A DNA stretch of 60,957 nucleotides from an uncultured Prevotella sp. (lineage in GTDB: Bacteria > Bacteroidota > Bacteroidia > Bacteroidales > Bacteroidaceae): contig CAUQAO010000001.1 in NCBI GenBank assembly GCA_963515815.1, forward strand, positions 1-60,957, given 5' to 3'. A model generated the notes under the pieces. It had not been told where the DNA came from, made no database searches, and worked only from the letters and a program-made list of their open reading frames with translations. Below are positions 29,269-38,121 of this stretch, one piece after another (position 1 is the stretch's first letter; each line of letters opens with the position of its first letter). The position numbers and the translations under genes were made by a program.

Positions 29269-29309
29269 CCGTCCCACGCCTCCGACTGGAGCGTGGGACG
29301 GTTGTTTTC
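29269..29309 (+). terminator. GC-rich hairpin after the PIN remnant
   Basis: CCGTCCCACG-CCTCC-GACT-GGAG-CGTGGGACGG followed by TTGTTTT. Confidence 0.6.
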
Positions 29310-29408
29310 TACCGTTGCCAGGATTTTCGTCGTACATATGTGCCAGTGTTCTTCTTTTCCGTTCATTCGCGACTGCAGAGGGTGAGAAACGCCCTCGTTT
29401 ACTCGCGT

Positions 29409-29630
29409 CCGCCATGGCGGAAACCATAAAATGACCTCGTTTGGACGAAACCGCCATGGCGGAAACCGCAAAATGAACTCGTTTGGTCGAAACCGCCATG
29501 GCGGAAACCGCAAAATGACCTCGTTTGGTCGAAACCGCCATGGCGGAAACCGCAAAATGAACTCATTTGGTCAAAACCGCCATGGCGGAAACGGCAAAAT
29601 GAACTCATTTACTCAAAACCGCCATGGCGG
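29409..29630. repeat. 42-bp tandem repeat array with six perfect palindromic cores CCGCCATGGCGG
   Basis: Cores at 29409, 29451, 29493, 29535, 29577, 29619; near-identical 30-bp linkers AAACCGCAAAATGAACTCGTTTGGTCGAAA. Confidence 0.95.
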
Positions 29631-29706
29631 ACGCCATCCGGAATAAAAAAACATAACGATAACGGGCAAATTCGCCCATATTACTAACTATAATCTTTAA
29701 TTTTTT

Positions 29707-29913
29707 ATGAAAGAAACGGTTAAAAAGTTGCCCAAGACCGTACGGATACGGCGGGCCAAGGGCGCAGATCATGCGAAGCTCTATGAACTGAAATCTTCAG
29801 CTGAAGAATCGATCTGGGTAAAGGTCGGAAAAGACAAGCTCGTCAAAGTGCCGGCGCCCACAAAAGGAATCGCGACTTCGAAAGCCAAACCCAAACCTGA
29901 AAAGACCCGTTAG
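29707..29913 (+). CDS. Small basic hypothetical protein (68 aa)
   Basis: K/R-rich ORF with AT-rich initiation region CTTTAATTTTTT-ATG. Confidence 0.55.
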   Translation: MKETVKKLPKTVRIRRAKGADHAKLYELKSSAEESIWVKVGKDKLVKVPAPTKGIATSKAKPKPEKTR

Positions 29914-30012
29914 CACGCGAGGCGTTTTTCAAGTAATAGATAACATTTGTATCACACTTTTATTTTGGCCCCGACGGTTCTGCTTCGAAAAGAACTGCCG
30001 GGGCTTTTTCGG

Positions 30013-30044
30013 TTTGGCATTGTCGTTGCGAAAGCGTATCTTTG
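30013..30044 (+). promoter_or_regulatory. Promoter of the hisH operon
   Basis: TTTG (30013-30016) - 20 nt - TATCTTTG (30037-30044). Confidence 0.75.
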
Positions 30045-30065
30045 CAAGGCGTAAACGCTGAAGAG

Positions 30066-30659
30066 ATGAAAGTTTGTATCATTCAATATCCTGCCGGCAA
30101 TGTTTGCTCGGTGACCAATGCGCTGCGGCGGCTGGGCGTAGAGCCCACGGTAACGGCCGATGCCGACGAACTGCGAACGGCCGACCGTATTATCTTTCCC
30201 GGACAGGGCGAGGCCGCCAGCACGATGCAATACCTGAAGGCGCACGGGCTGGATCTGCTGATCAAGGACTTGCAACAACCGTTTTTGGGCATTTGTATCG
30301 GTCAGCAGTTGCTCTGCCGGCATTCCGAAGAGGGCGATACCGACTGCATCGGCATCTTTCCCGTCGACGTGCAACGCTTTCGGCCCGCGCGGCACGCAGA
30401 TAAGGTTCCGGCCGTGGGCTGGAATACACTCCGGCAGATGAAGGGCGGTTTATTCGAGCAGATCGGCGCCGAACCATACGTTTACTTCGTGCACAGCTAT
30501 TATGTTCCGCTATGCGAGTGGACCGTGGCCGAAACCAACTACATCGTTCCCTACAGCGCTGCGCTGCAGAAAAACAATTTCGTAGCCACACAGTTTCATC
30601 CCGAGAAGAGCGGCGACGTGGGCGAACGGATTCTGGAAAACTTCCTGAATCTGCACTGA
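30066..30659 (+). CDS. hisH: Imidazole glycerol phosphate synthase, glutaminase subunit
   Basis: FPGQG, LGICIGQQ, YFVHSYY, QFHPEKS. Confidence 0.96.
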   Translation: MKVCIIQYPAGNVCSVTNALRRLGVEPTVTADADELRTADRIIFPGQGEAASTMQYLKAHGLDLLIKDLQQPFLGICIGQQLLCRHSEEGDTDCIGIFPVDVQRFRPARHADKVPAVGWNTLRQMKGGLFEQIGAEPYVYFVHSYYVPLCEWTVAETNYIVPYSAALQKNNFVATQFHPEKSGDVGERILENFLNLH

Positions 30660-30686
30660 TCTGAAAACTCTGAAATAGCAACGACG

Positions 30687-31421
30687 ATGAACATTGAACT
30701 GATTCCGGCAATAGATCTGATGGACGGTAAGTGCGTGCGACTTACGCAGGGCGATTACCACCGAAAGAAAGTCTATGGCGACGATCCGGTCGAGACGGCG
30801 GTTGGCTTCGAACGATTGGGGTTCAAACGCCTGCATGTGGTCGATCTAGACGGCGCCCGCTCGTCCCATGTGGTCAATATCGACACACTGAAACGGATAT
30901 CGGCTTCGACCGGACTGATTGTTGACTTCGGCGGCGGAATCAAGACCGACGGCGACATCGAGAGGGTGTTCGACGCCGGAGCTGCGATGGCTACGGTGGG
31001 CAGCGTGGCAGTTCGAGAGCCGGATCGGATGCTGAAATGGATCCAAGCCTACGGCGCCGAGAAAATCGTCTTGGGCGCAGATGTCAGAAACGGCAGAATT
31101 GCCGTTAACGGTTGGAAAGACGATTCGGAAGAAGAGTTGATCAGCTTTCTGGGTACGTACGTAAAGGCGGGCATCACGCACGTGCTGTGCACCGAAATTG
31201 CGAGAGACGGCATGCTCGACGGACCGGCGGTAGATCTGTATCGAAACATTTTAAACGTTTATTCGCAACTGCATCTGATGGCCTCGGGCGGTGTAGCTTC
31301 GAACAAAGATATTGTCGAACTGGAGAGAGCAGGTGTTCCGGCTGTTGTTTTCGGAAAGGCCTTTTACGAGGGTAAAATCGATGTAGAAAAATTATTGCAT
31401 GGCTATGGTGTCGCAGAATAA
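30687..31421 (+). CDS. hisA: ProFAR isomerase
   Basis: [31 protein letters not shown]. Confidence 0.95.
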   Translation: MNIELIPAIDLMDGKCVRLTQGDYHRKKVYGDDPVETAVGFERLGFKRLHVVDLDGARSSHVVNIDTLKRISASTGLIVDFGGGIKTDGDIERVFDAGAAMATVGSVAVREPDRMLKWIQAYGAEKIVLGADVRNGRIAVNGWKDDSEEELISFLGTYVKAGITHVLCTEIARDGMLDGPAVDLYRNILNVYSQLHLMASGGVASNKDIVELERAGVPAVVFGKAFYEGKIDVEKLLHGYGVAE

Positions 31422-32181
31422 AGGTATTGCCAAACGAATTATCCCGTGTCTGGATGTAAAAAACGGCGAAACGGTGAAGGGCATCAACTTTGTAAACCTG
31501 CAGCGGGCGGGCGATCCCGTAGAACTGGGCAAAGAATACTGCCGGGCGGGAGCCGACGAACTGGTTTTCCTGGATATTACGGCCAGCATCGAGCATAGAA
31601 AAACGTTCGCAAAGCTGGTTACGCGCATCGCTCGCGAAGTGAACATCCCTTTTACCGTGGGCGGCGGAATAGACGAGGCGGCCGATGTAGACCGGCTCTT
31701 GTGCGCCGGAGCCGACAAGGTTAGCGTCAATTCGGCCGCCCTCTATCATCCGGAACTGATAGACGAGATAGCCCGGCGGTTCGGCTCACAAGTCTGCGTC
31801 TGCGCCATCGATGCGCGTAAAGCCGCCGACGGCGAATGGTATTGCTACGTGAAAGGCGGTCGCGAGCGTACGGAATATAAACTGTTCGACTGGGCACGCG
31901 AAGCTGAACAGCGCGGCGCCGGCGAAATACTGTTCACAAGCATGGACCATGACGGCGTAAAGAAAGGATTCGCCAACGAAGCGCTGGCCCAACTGGCAAG
32001 AGTCGTTTCAATTCCAGTTATCGCCAGCGGCGGCGCCGGCAAAATGTCGCACTTCAAAGATGCTTTCTTAGAGGGGAAAGCCGATGCGGCGCTGGCGGCG
32101 AGCGTTTTCCATTTCGGCGAAATAGGCATCGGTGCATTGAAAAGTTATTTGCAAAGCGAGGGAATCCATGTGCGCATGTAA
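31399..32181 (+). CDS. hisF: Imidazole glycerol phosphate synthase, cyclase subunit
   Basis: [36 protein letters not shown]. Confidence 0.96.
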   Translation: MAMVSQNKGIAKRIIPCLDVKNGETVKGINFVNLQRAGDPVELGKEYCRAGADELVFLDITASIEHRKTFAKLVTRIAREVNIPFTVGGGIDEAADVDRLLCAGADKVSVNSAALYHPELIDEIARRFGSQVCVCAIDARKAADGEWYCYVKGGRERTEYKLFDWAREAEQRGAGEILFTSMDHDGVKKGFANEALAQLARVVSIPVIASGGAGKMSHFKDAFLEGKADAALAASVFHFGEIGIGALKSYLQSEGIHVRM

Positions 32182-32220
32182 GGAAAAGTTTGAGCGAAGT
32201 GTAATCAATATGACGATAAG

Positions 32221-32838
32221 ATGAAGATAAATTTTGATGAGCAGACCGGATTGGTTCCCGTCATTGTTCAGGATGCAACAACCAAAAATGTCTTGATGCT
32301 GGGGTTCATGAATCAAGAGGCATACGACAAGACAGTCGAATCCGGACGTGTTACCTTCTGGAGTCGTTCGCGTCGGTGCTTATGGACCAAAGGCGAGACC
32401 TCGGGCAACTTTTTAAATGTTGTCGGCATTGAGAACGACTGCGACAACGACACACTCTTGGTAAAAGTGCACCCCGAAGGGCCCACATGTCACCACGGAA
32501 CAGATACGTGTTGGGGCGAAAAGAATACAGCAAATCCGCTCTTGTTTTTATCCGAGCTGCAAGACTTTATAGAAAATCGCCATCGGGAAATGCCAGAGGG
32601 GTCGTATACCACCAGTCTTTTCAAAGACGGATTGAACAGAATGGCGCAGAAGGTGGGAGAAGAAGCGCTCGAAGCCGTTATCGAAGCCACCAACGGAACG
32701 AACGACAGACTGATATACGAATTGTCGGACATGTTTTACCATCTTATCGCTCTGCTGACAAGCAAAGGACTTCGTATTGAAGATATAGCACATGAATTAC
32801 AAACACGCCACAATCCGCAGTGGCATAAACATGAATAA
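32221..32838 (+). CDS. hisIE: Bifunctional PR-AMP cyclohydrolase / PR-ATP pyrophosphatase
   Basis: LWTKGETSG, DCDNDTLL, TCH, SYTTSLF, QKVGEEA. Confidence 0.95.
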   Translation: MKINFDEQTGLVPVIVQDATTKNVLMLGFMNQEAYDKTVESGRVTFWSRSRRCLWTKGETSGNFLNVVGIENDCDNDTLLVKVHPEGPTCHHGTDTCWGEKNTANPLLFLSELQDFIENRHREMPEGSYTTSLFKDGLNRMAQKVGEEALEAVIEATNGTNDRLIYELSDMFYHLIALLTSKGLRIEDIAHELQTRHNPQWHKHE

Positions 32839-33562
32839 GAGAATGATATTAGTAGATTATCAGAATGTTCAGGTATACCAGGGCGACAGTCTTGTACTGC
32901 AAGATGTCGATTTTAAAGTGGAGGAAGGTGAGTTCATTTATATCATCGGAAAAGTGGGATCGGGTAAAAGCTCTCTGCTCAAAACCATGTATTGCGAATT
33001 GGATATAGAGGGAACGGAAGATACAAAGGCCGAAATCATGGGCCGTGAGCTAACAACGCTGAAGCGAAAGCATGTTCCGGCCTTAAGAAGAGAGATGGGC
33101 ATCATCTTTCAGGACTTTCAGCTCTTGCATGACCGCAATGTGTACAAAAACTTGAAATTCGTTCTTCATGCTACAGGATGGAAAGAAAAAGAGAAAATGG
33201 ATCGGCGTATCGACGAGGTGCTGGATGATGTCGGGATGGGCGATAAAAAGGAGAAGATGCCCCACGAACTTTCGGGCGGCGAACAGCAGAGAATTGCCAT
33301 AGCGAGAGCGCTTCTGAATCAGCCGAAAATAATTATTGCCGACGAACCGACAGGAAATCTCGATCCCGAAACCGCCAGCCATATCGTGAAGCTGCTCAAA
33401 GATATTACACAAATAGGCACGGCCGTTGTCATGTCTACCCACAACATTCCGATGCTGGATAAGTATCAAGGCATCGTTTATCAATGCAAGGATGGACACA
33501 TCGACGATATTACAAATAAGTATAACAGAATAGATCTAAAAGAAGATATGGAGAAAGCTTAG
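32831..33562 (+). CDS. ftsE: FtsE-like ABC ATP-binding protein
   Basis: GKVGSGKSS, IFQDFQLL, LSGGEQQR, ADEPTGNLD; no permease gene adjacent. Confidence 0.75.
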   Translation: MNKRMILVDYQNVQVYQGDSLVLQDVDFKVEEGEFIYIIGKVGSGKSSLLKTMYCELDIEGTEDTKAEIMGRELTTLKRKHVPALRREMGIIFQDFQLLHDRNVYKNLKFVLHATGWKEKEKMDRRIDEVLDDVGMGDKKEKMPHELSGGEQQRIAIARALLNQPKIIIADEPTGNLDPETASHIVKLLKDITQIGTAVVMSTHNIPMLDKYQGIVYQCKDGHIDDITNKYNRIDLKEDMEKA

Positions 33563-33624
33563 CATACATTTCCAAATACAAGAGCTTTGTTTTTTCAGTA
33601 ATACACAAAATTAATAGCGTGAAT

Positions 33625-34941
33625 ATGAAGGTAATGAAATTTGGAGGCACATCTGTCGGCGCACCGGAAAGGATGAAAAATGTAGCTTCGCTTGTAACAG
33701 CATCCGGCAATCCCGTTTTTGTGGTACTCTCTGCCATGTCGGGCACAACGAATACACTGATCGAAATATCCGATTATCTTTATAAAAAAAATCCGGAAGG
33801 AGCCAACGAGGTGATCAATGCTTTAGAAAAAAAATATATGCAACACGTAGAGGACCTCTACTCTACAGATGAATATAAAGATAAAACACGCGATTTGCTC
33901 TCTTATGAGTTCGAATATCTCAGATCGTTTACAAAAGATCTGTTTACCTCGTTCGAAGAGAAATGCATCGTTGCTCAAGGCGAGATCATGAGTACCAATA
34001 TGCTTGTGAATTACCTTAAAGAGCAAGGGGTCGACGCAGTTTTACTATCTGCATTGGACTTTATGAGAACAGATAAAAATGCAGAACCCGATCCGCAGTA
34101 TATTAAAGAGAAACTCTCTTCCGTCATGTCAGCAAATAAGGAAAACCAGGTTTATGTTACGCAAGGTTTTATCTGTCTTAATGCTTACGGCGAAATAGAT
34201 AATCTGCAACGAGGCGGATCCGACTATTCGGCTTCATTAATCGGTGCAGCTCTTCCTGCTGAAGAGATTCAGATCTGGACCGACATAGATGGGATGCACA
34301 ATAACGACCCACGTATTGTAGATAAGACACATGCCGTTCATCAATTGAATTTTGAAGAAGCGGCCGAGTTGGCTTATTTCGGAGCTAAGATATTACACCC
34401 GACGTGCATTCAGCCCGCAAAATATGCAGGTATTCCCGTTCGGGTAAAGAACACGATGGAACCAGATGCTCACGGTACAATCATCGATAATGTTATTGTA
34501 AGACGTGAAATAAAGGCCGTAGCAGCCAAAGACAACATTATAGCCATCAAAATAAAATCATCGAGAATGCTTCTGGCAACAGGGTTCTTACGAAAGATTT
34601 TCGAGATATTCGAGAGCTATCAGACGCCTATCGATATGATTGCAACAAGCGAAGTCGGTGTATCGATGAGCATAGACAATGCCAACCACCTTGATGAAAT
34701 TGTCCATGAACTTAAGAAATATGGAACGGTTACGGTAGACACGGATATGTGCATTATCTGCGTTGTCGGCGATCTCGATTGGAGCAATCTCGGATTTGAA
34801 ACACTTGCTTTGGAAGCGATGAAGAGCATTCCTGTTCGCATGATTTCTTATGGTGGAAGCAATTACAACATATCCTTTCTAGTAAAGGCCGATGACAAGA
34901 AACGCGCTTTGCTGAATCTCAACAATGTTTTGTTTAAATAA
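33625..34941 (+). CDS. lysC: Aspartate kinase
   Basis: VMKFGGTSV, RGGSDYSA, IWTDIDG, ELAYFGAKILHP, ACT domains. Confidence 0.95.
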   Translation: MKVMKFGGTSVGAPERMKNVASLVTASGNPVFVVLSAMSGTTNTLIEISDYLYKKNPEGANEVINALEKKYMQHVEDLYSTDEYKDKTRDLLSYEFEYLRSFTKDLFTSFEEKCIVAQGEIMSTNMLVNYLKEQGVDAVLLSALDFMRTDKNAEPDPQYIKEKLSSVMSANKENQVYVTQGFICLNAYGEIDNLQRGGSDYSASLIGAALPAEEIQIWTDIDGMHNNDPRIVDKTHAVHQLNFEEAAELAYFGAKILHPTCIQPAKYAGIPVRVKNTMEPDAHGTIIDNVIVRREIKAVAAKDNIIAIKIKSSRMLLATGFLRKIFEIFESYQTPIDMIATSEVGVSMSIDNANHLDEIVHELKKYGTVTVDTDMCIICVVGDLDWSNLGFETLALEAMKSIPVRMISYGGSNYNISFLVKADDKKRALLNLNNVLFK

Positions 34942-34968
34942 AACTGCACTTATGAATGGGTTCGAACT

Positions 34969-36126
34969 ATGAATAATTTACTCTCTGTTTCTAAACTCAA
35001 GATTAAACAGACACCATTCTACTATTATGACACGGCGCTGCTGAGAGATACACTCAACGCAATTCATACGGAGATTGCCAAATATAGCAACTTCCAAGTG
35101 CATTATGCCATCAAAGCAAATGCCAATCCCAAACTTCTGGATATAATCAGAAAATCGGGCTTGGGGGCAGATTGTGTCAGTGGGGGCGAAATTCAAGCAG
35201 CTCTCGATTCGGGCTTTCCTGCAGCTAAGATTGTATTTGCCGGTGTAGGGAAAAGCGATTGGGATATCAATTTCGCTCTTGAAAAGGAGATCTCATATTT
35301 CAACGTCGAGAGTATTGCAGAACTTGAAGTAATTAATGAACTTGCTACCAAGCGAAACAAGACGGCACGAATTGCTCTGAGAGTTAATCCTGACGTCGGA
35401 GCCCATACACATGCCAATATAACGACAGGACTTGCAGAAAACAAATTCGGAATTGCCATCAGCGAAGTAGAGACGGCGGTTAGAGAGTGTCTTCGGATGG
35501 AGCATGTTCAGTTCGTCGGCTTGCATTTTCATATCGGTTCGCAAATAGTAGATATGGGCGACTTTGTTGCTCTATGCAACCGCATCAATGAATTACAAGA
35601 GATGCTATATCGGCATCGCATAACGGTGCAGACGATTAATGTCGGTGGAGGTTTAGGTGTCAGCTACGATTATCCTAACCAATTTCCGATTCCCGACTTC
35701 AAAGCTTACTTCAGAACTTATGCACAGCACTTGAAATTATCTCCTCACCAGACGTTACATTTTGAATTGGGAAGATCTGTTGTTGCTCAATGCGGCAGCT
35801 TAATTACCCGCGTGTTGTATATCAAACGGGGCGTGAGCAAAAAGTTCTGTATCGTCGATGCTGGAATGTCCGATCTTATCAGGCCGGCCCTTTATCAAGC
35901 ATTGCACAAGATAGAAAATTTGTCGAATAAAGACGAGTTCGAAACATATGATGTCGTCGGGCCGATATGCGAATCGAGCGATGTATTTGCAAAAGCCATA
36001 GATATTAACCAATGCCACAGAGGAGATATTTTGGCTATAAGGACTGCGGGAGCTTATGGCGAGTCCATGGCAAGCCAGTATAATTGCCGAAGGTTGCCAG
36101 TTGGTTATTTGACAGAGGATTTTTAA
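34969..36126 (+). CDS. lysA: Diaminopimelate decarboxylase
   Basis: YAIKAN (PLP Lys), HFHIGSQ, GGGLG, ELGRS, GPICES. Confidence 0.95.
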   Translation: MNNLLSVSKLKIKQTPFYYYDTALLRDTLNAIHTEIAKYSNFQVHYAIKANANPKLLDIIRKSGLGADCVSGGEIQAALDSGFPAAKIVFAGVGKSDWDINFALEKEISYFNVESIAELEVINELATKRNKTARIALRVNPDVGAHTHANITTGLAENKFGIAISEVETAVRECLRMEHVQFVGLHFHIGSQIVDMGDFVALCNRINELQEMLYRHRITVQTINVGGGLGVSYDYPNQFPIPDFKAYFRTYAQHLKLSPHQTLHFELGRSVVAQCGSLITRVLYIKRGVSKKFCIVDAGMSDLIRPALYQALHKIENLSNKDEFETYDVVGPICESSDVFAKAIDINQCHRGDILAIRTAGAYGESMASQYNCRRLPVGYLTEDF

Positions 36127-36140
36127 TCTATTTTGAATAA

Positions 36141-37304
36141 ATGATTTTTAATGATATGATCGTCGTTTATGGCGCAGCAATTACGCTGTTGCTTGCCATA
36201 ATTGCCCCTTTCTTCAGTCCGTTTTTTCGTTATCGATACATTTTTAAAGAAACATCCAAAGAAGATTCCACCCCGGAAGAAGCACAGCCACTTGTTCCGG
36301 TTACGATTTTACTTACGGTGCACGATAATGCAAAAGAATTAGAGAAAAATCTTCCTCTCTTTCTTTCGCAGGACTATCCGACGGAATTCGAAGTAATTGT
36401 CGTAGCCGAGCAAGGCGACAGTGCTACGGAAGATGTACTGAAGCGACATTCGCACCATCCTCACCTCTACTCTACTTTCATACCGTCATCCTCTCGGTAT
36501 ATGAGTAGAAAGAAGCTGGCCATTACTCTGGGGGTGAAAGCCGCTAAATACGAATGGATCATCCTAACGGAACCTTCTTGCTCGCCGGTTTCGCCCCGTT
36601 GGCTGTACGGCATGTCGTGCCGATTTACCGATGACATGAATCTTGTCATGGGCTACAGCAACTATACCCCGGAAACAAAGACATCATACCGGTTAGAGCA
36701 GTTATACATGAGCCTTTATCTGTTGCGCCTGGCAAACCGCGGAACGGTTTACAGAGCCTGTTCCATGAATTTAGCTTTCAGAAAGAGCATCTTCATTCAG
36801 CAAGAGGGTTATCGCAGTAACTTGCATTTGTTGCGAGGCGAATACGATTTTCTGGTCAACAAATACGCCGAGAAAAACAAAACCGCCGCCATTATTGACA
36901 AAGAAGCTTGGATTGTAGAAGACAAGCCGCGGCAGAAAGCATGGAAAAACAAACACATATTCTACTTAGAAACCCGAAAGTATTTGAGAAAGCGAACAGG
37001 ACCACAAATCCGCTTCGCCACAGATATGCTGCTATTGCATCTTAGCTGGTTGTTCATTGCGCTGTTAGCGATCTGTTCTTTCGTGTTCGACCAATGGATA
37101 TGGGCCGGTATCGCGGGCTTTTCAATGATACTGACAATCGGCATACGCATGTGTATCGTTAGAAAGATAATGAGATATTTTACGAAAGAAATTTCGGTAT
37201 GGCGGCTTATTCCTTTCGAATTAACCATTGTTTGGCGCAGACTTTACTATCTCATTTTGCACCGAGAGGCAGACAAACGCGACTTTACCAGCCATAAGCT
37301 ATGA
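36141..37304 (+). CDS. GT2-like membrane glycosyltransferase with degenerate catalytic motifs
   Basis: LSQDYP, SRKKLAITLGVKAAKYEW, NLAFRK, GEYDFLVN; the expected TDADC reads TEPSC. Confidence 0.75.
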   Translation: MIFNDMIVVYGAAITLLLAIIAPFFSPFFRYRYIFKETSKEDSTPEEAQPLVPVTILLTVHDNAKELEKNLPLFLSQDYPTEFEVIVVAEQGDSATEDVLKRHSHHPHLYSTFIPSSSRYMSRKKLAITLGVKAAKYEWIILTEPSCSPVSPRWLYGMSCRFTDDMNLVMGYSNYTPETKTSYRLEQLYMSLYLLRLANRGTVYRACSMNLAFRKSIFIQQEGYRSNLHLLRGEYDFLVNKYAEKNKTAAIIDKEAWIVEDKPRQKAWKNKHIFYLETRKYLRKRTGPQIRFATDMLLLHLSWLFIALLAICSFVFDQWIWAGIAGFSMILTIGIRMCIVRKIMRYFTKEISVWRLIPFELTIVWRRLYYLILHREADKRDFTSHKL

Positions 37305-38107
37305 GAATTTGTTTATACATGCCCCAACAAATAGGCAAACAGCCCGTTCATCAAGCCTACCTGGCGCAGGTGCGAGACGGATTGGCGGTCGATCGGGATA
37401 TCGAGATCACGGATCGCTTTCCCGATCTTATTCATGTGTTCGGCGCATGGAATGCGCAGGCTCTCCACGCAGTGCGACGGGCCCACCGCTTGCTGATTCC
37501 GACGGTTTATTCGCCGTTAGGCGATTTATCGCCATGGAAGTTGAGGGAAAAGCGCTGTCGGCCGTTCGATTTATCCAGACAGAAGCAGGCTACCCGCTCG
37601 GCATCGTGCGTATTGGTATGGGGCGAGTTGGAGCGGAAGGCCATCGAACAAAGGCGTTGGAATTCGCACATCGTCGTCGTCCCCAACGCTGTCATTACGT
37701 CGCAGATAACACAAACCGATATGGCAAGCCGGATAAAAGAACTGTACCGAAATGTTATCGACCAACACGACCTGCGTATGCACCACAATATCGATGGGCG
37801 GCTGGCCGTTTTCGGCGATGAAGCCGAGACGGCGCTCTGCCATCTGTTTCTTTATCTGCGATACCGATTCCACCGGCGCAATATCTTGCAAGAAGATTTA
37901 AAACGCCTGACCGACACGCTGAACACGCTCGAATATGACGAAGACCGGCTGAACGAAATGCTACGCACGCTGCACGAAGAGCGATTTGCCGCCCGCATCT
38001 TGCAGGTTTTGGCCGACGATTGCGGGCTAACCGAAGGATTCATGCCCGCCGACCCCATCGATGATAAAAGAACGGCACAAATCAGAGCCGCCATTTACAC
38101 GAAATAA
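37301..38107 (+). CDS. Hypothetical protein with GT4-like N-terminal segment and helical C-terminal domain
   Basis: PDLIHVFGAW, IPTVYSPLGDLSPW, VVVPNAV; no GT-B C-terminal domain; ATGA overlap with the upstream stop. Confidence 0.6.
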   Translation: MRICLYMPQQIGKQPVHQAYLAQVRDGLAVDRDIEITDRFPDLIHVFGAWNAQALHAVRRAHRLLIPTVYSPLGDLSPWKLREKRCRPFDLSRQKQATRSASCVLVWGELERKAIEQRRWNSHIVVVPNAVITSQITQTDMASRIKELYRNVIDQHDLRMHHNIDGRLAVFGDEAETALCHLFLYLRYRFHRRNILQEDLKRLTDTLNTLEYDEDRLNEMLRTLHEERFAARILQVLADDCGLTEGFMPADPIDDKRTAQIRAAIYTK

Positions 38108-38121
38108 ACCATCAGCAGAAA

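Noticed and set aside
29269..29301. IS200/IS605 end or REP hairpin
   Set aside because: Single copy, no tnpA/tnpB or RAYT nearby, and its position plus T-rich tail fit a terminator
29409..29630. Possible CRISPR array
   Set aside because: The 30-bp linkers are near-identical rather than unique spacers, the constant core is only 12 bp, and there are no cas genes in the window
32831..33562. ftsE without ftsX, his cluster lacking hisG/D/C/B, grpE-dnaJ without dnaK, nspC without its dehydrogenase
   Set aside because: These split arrangements are usual in Bacteroidales; the partners are normally encoded elsewhere
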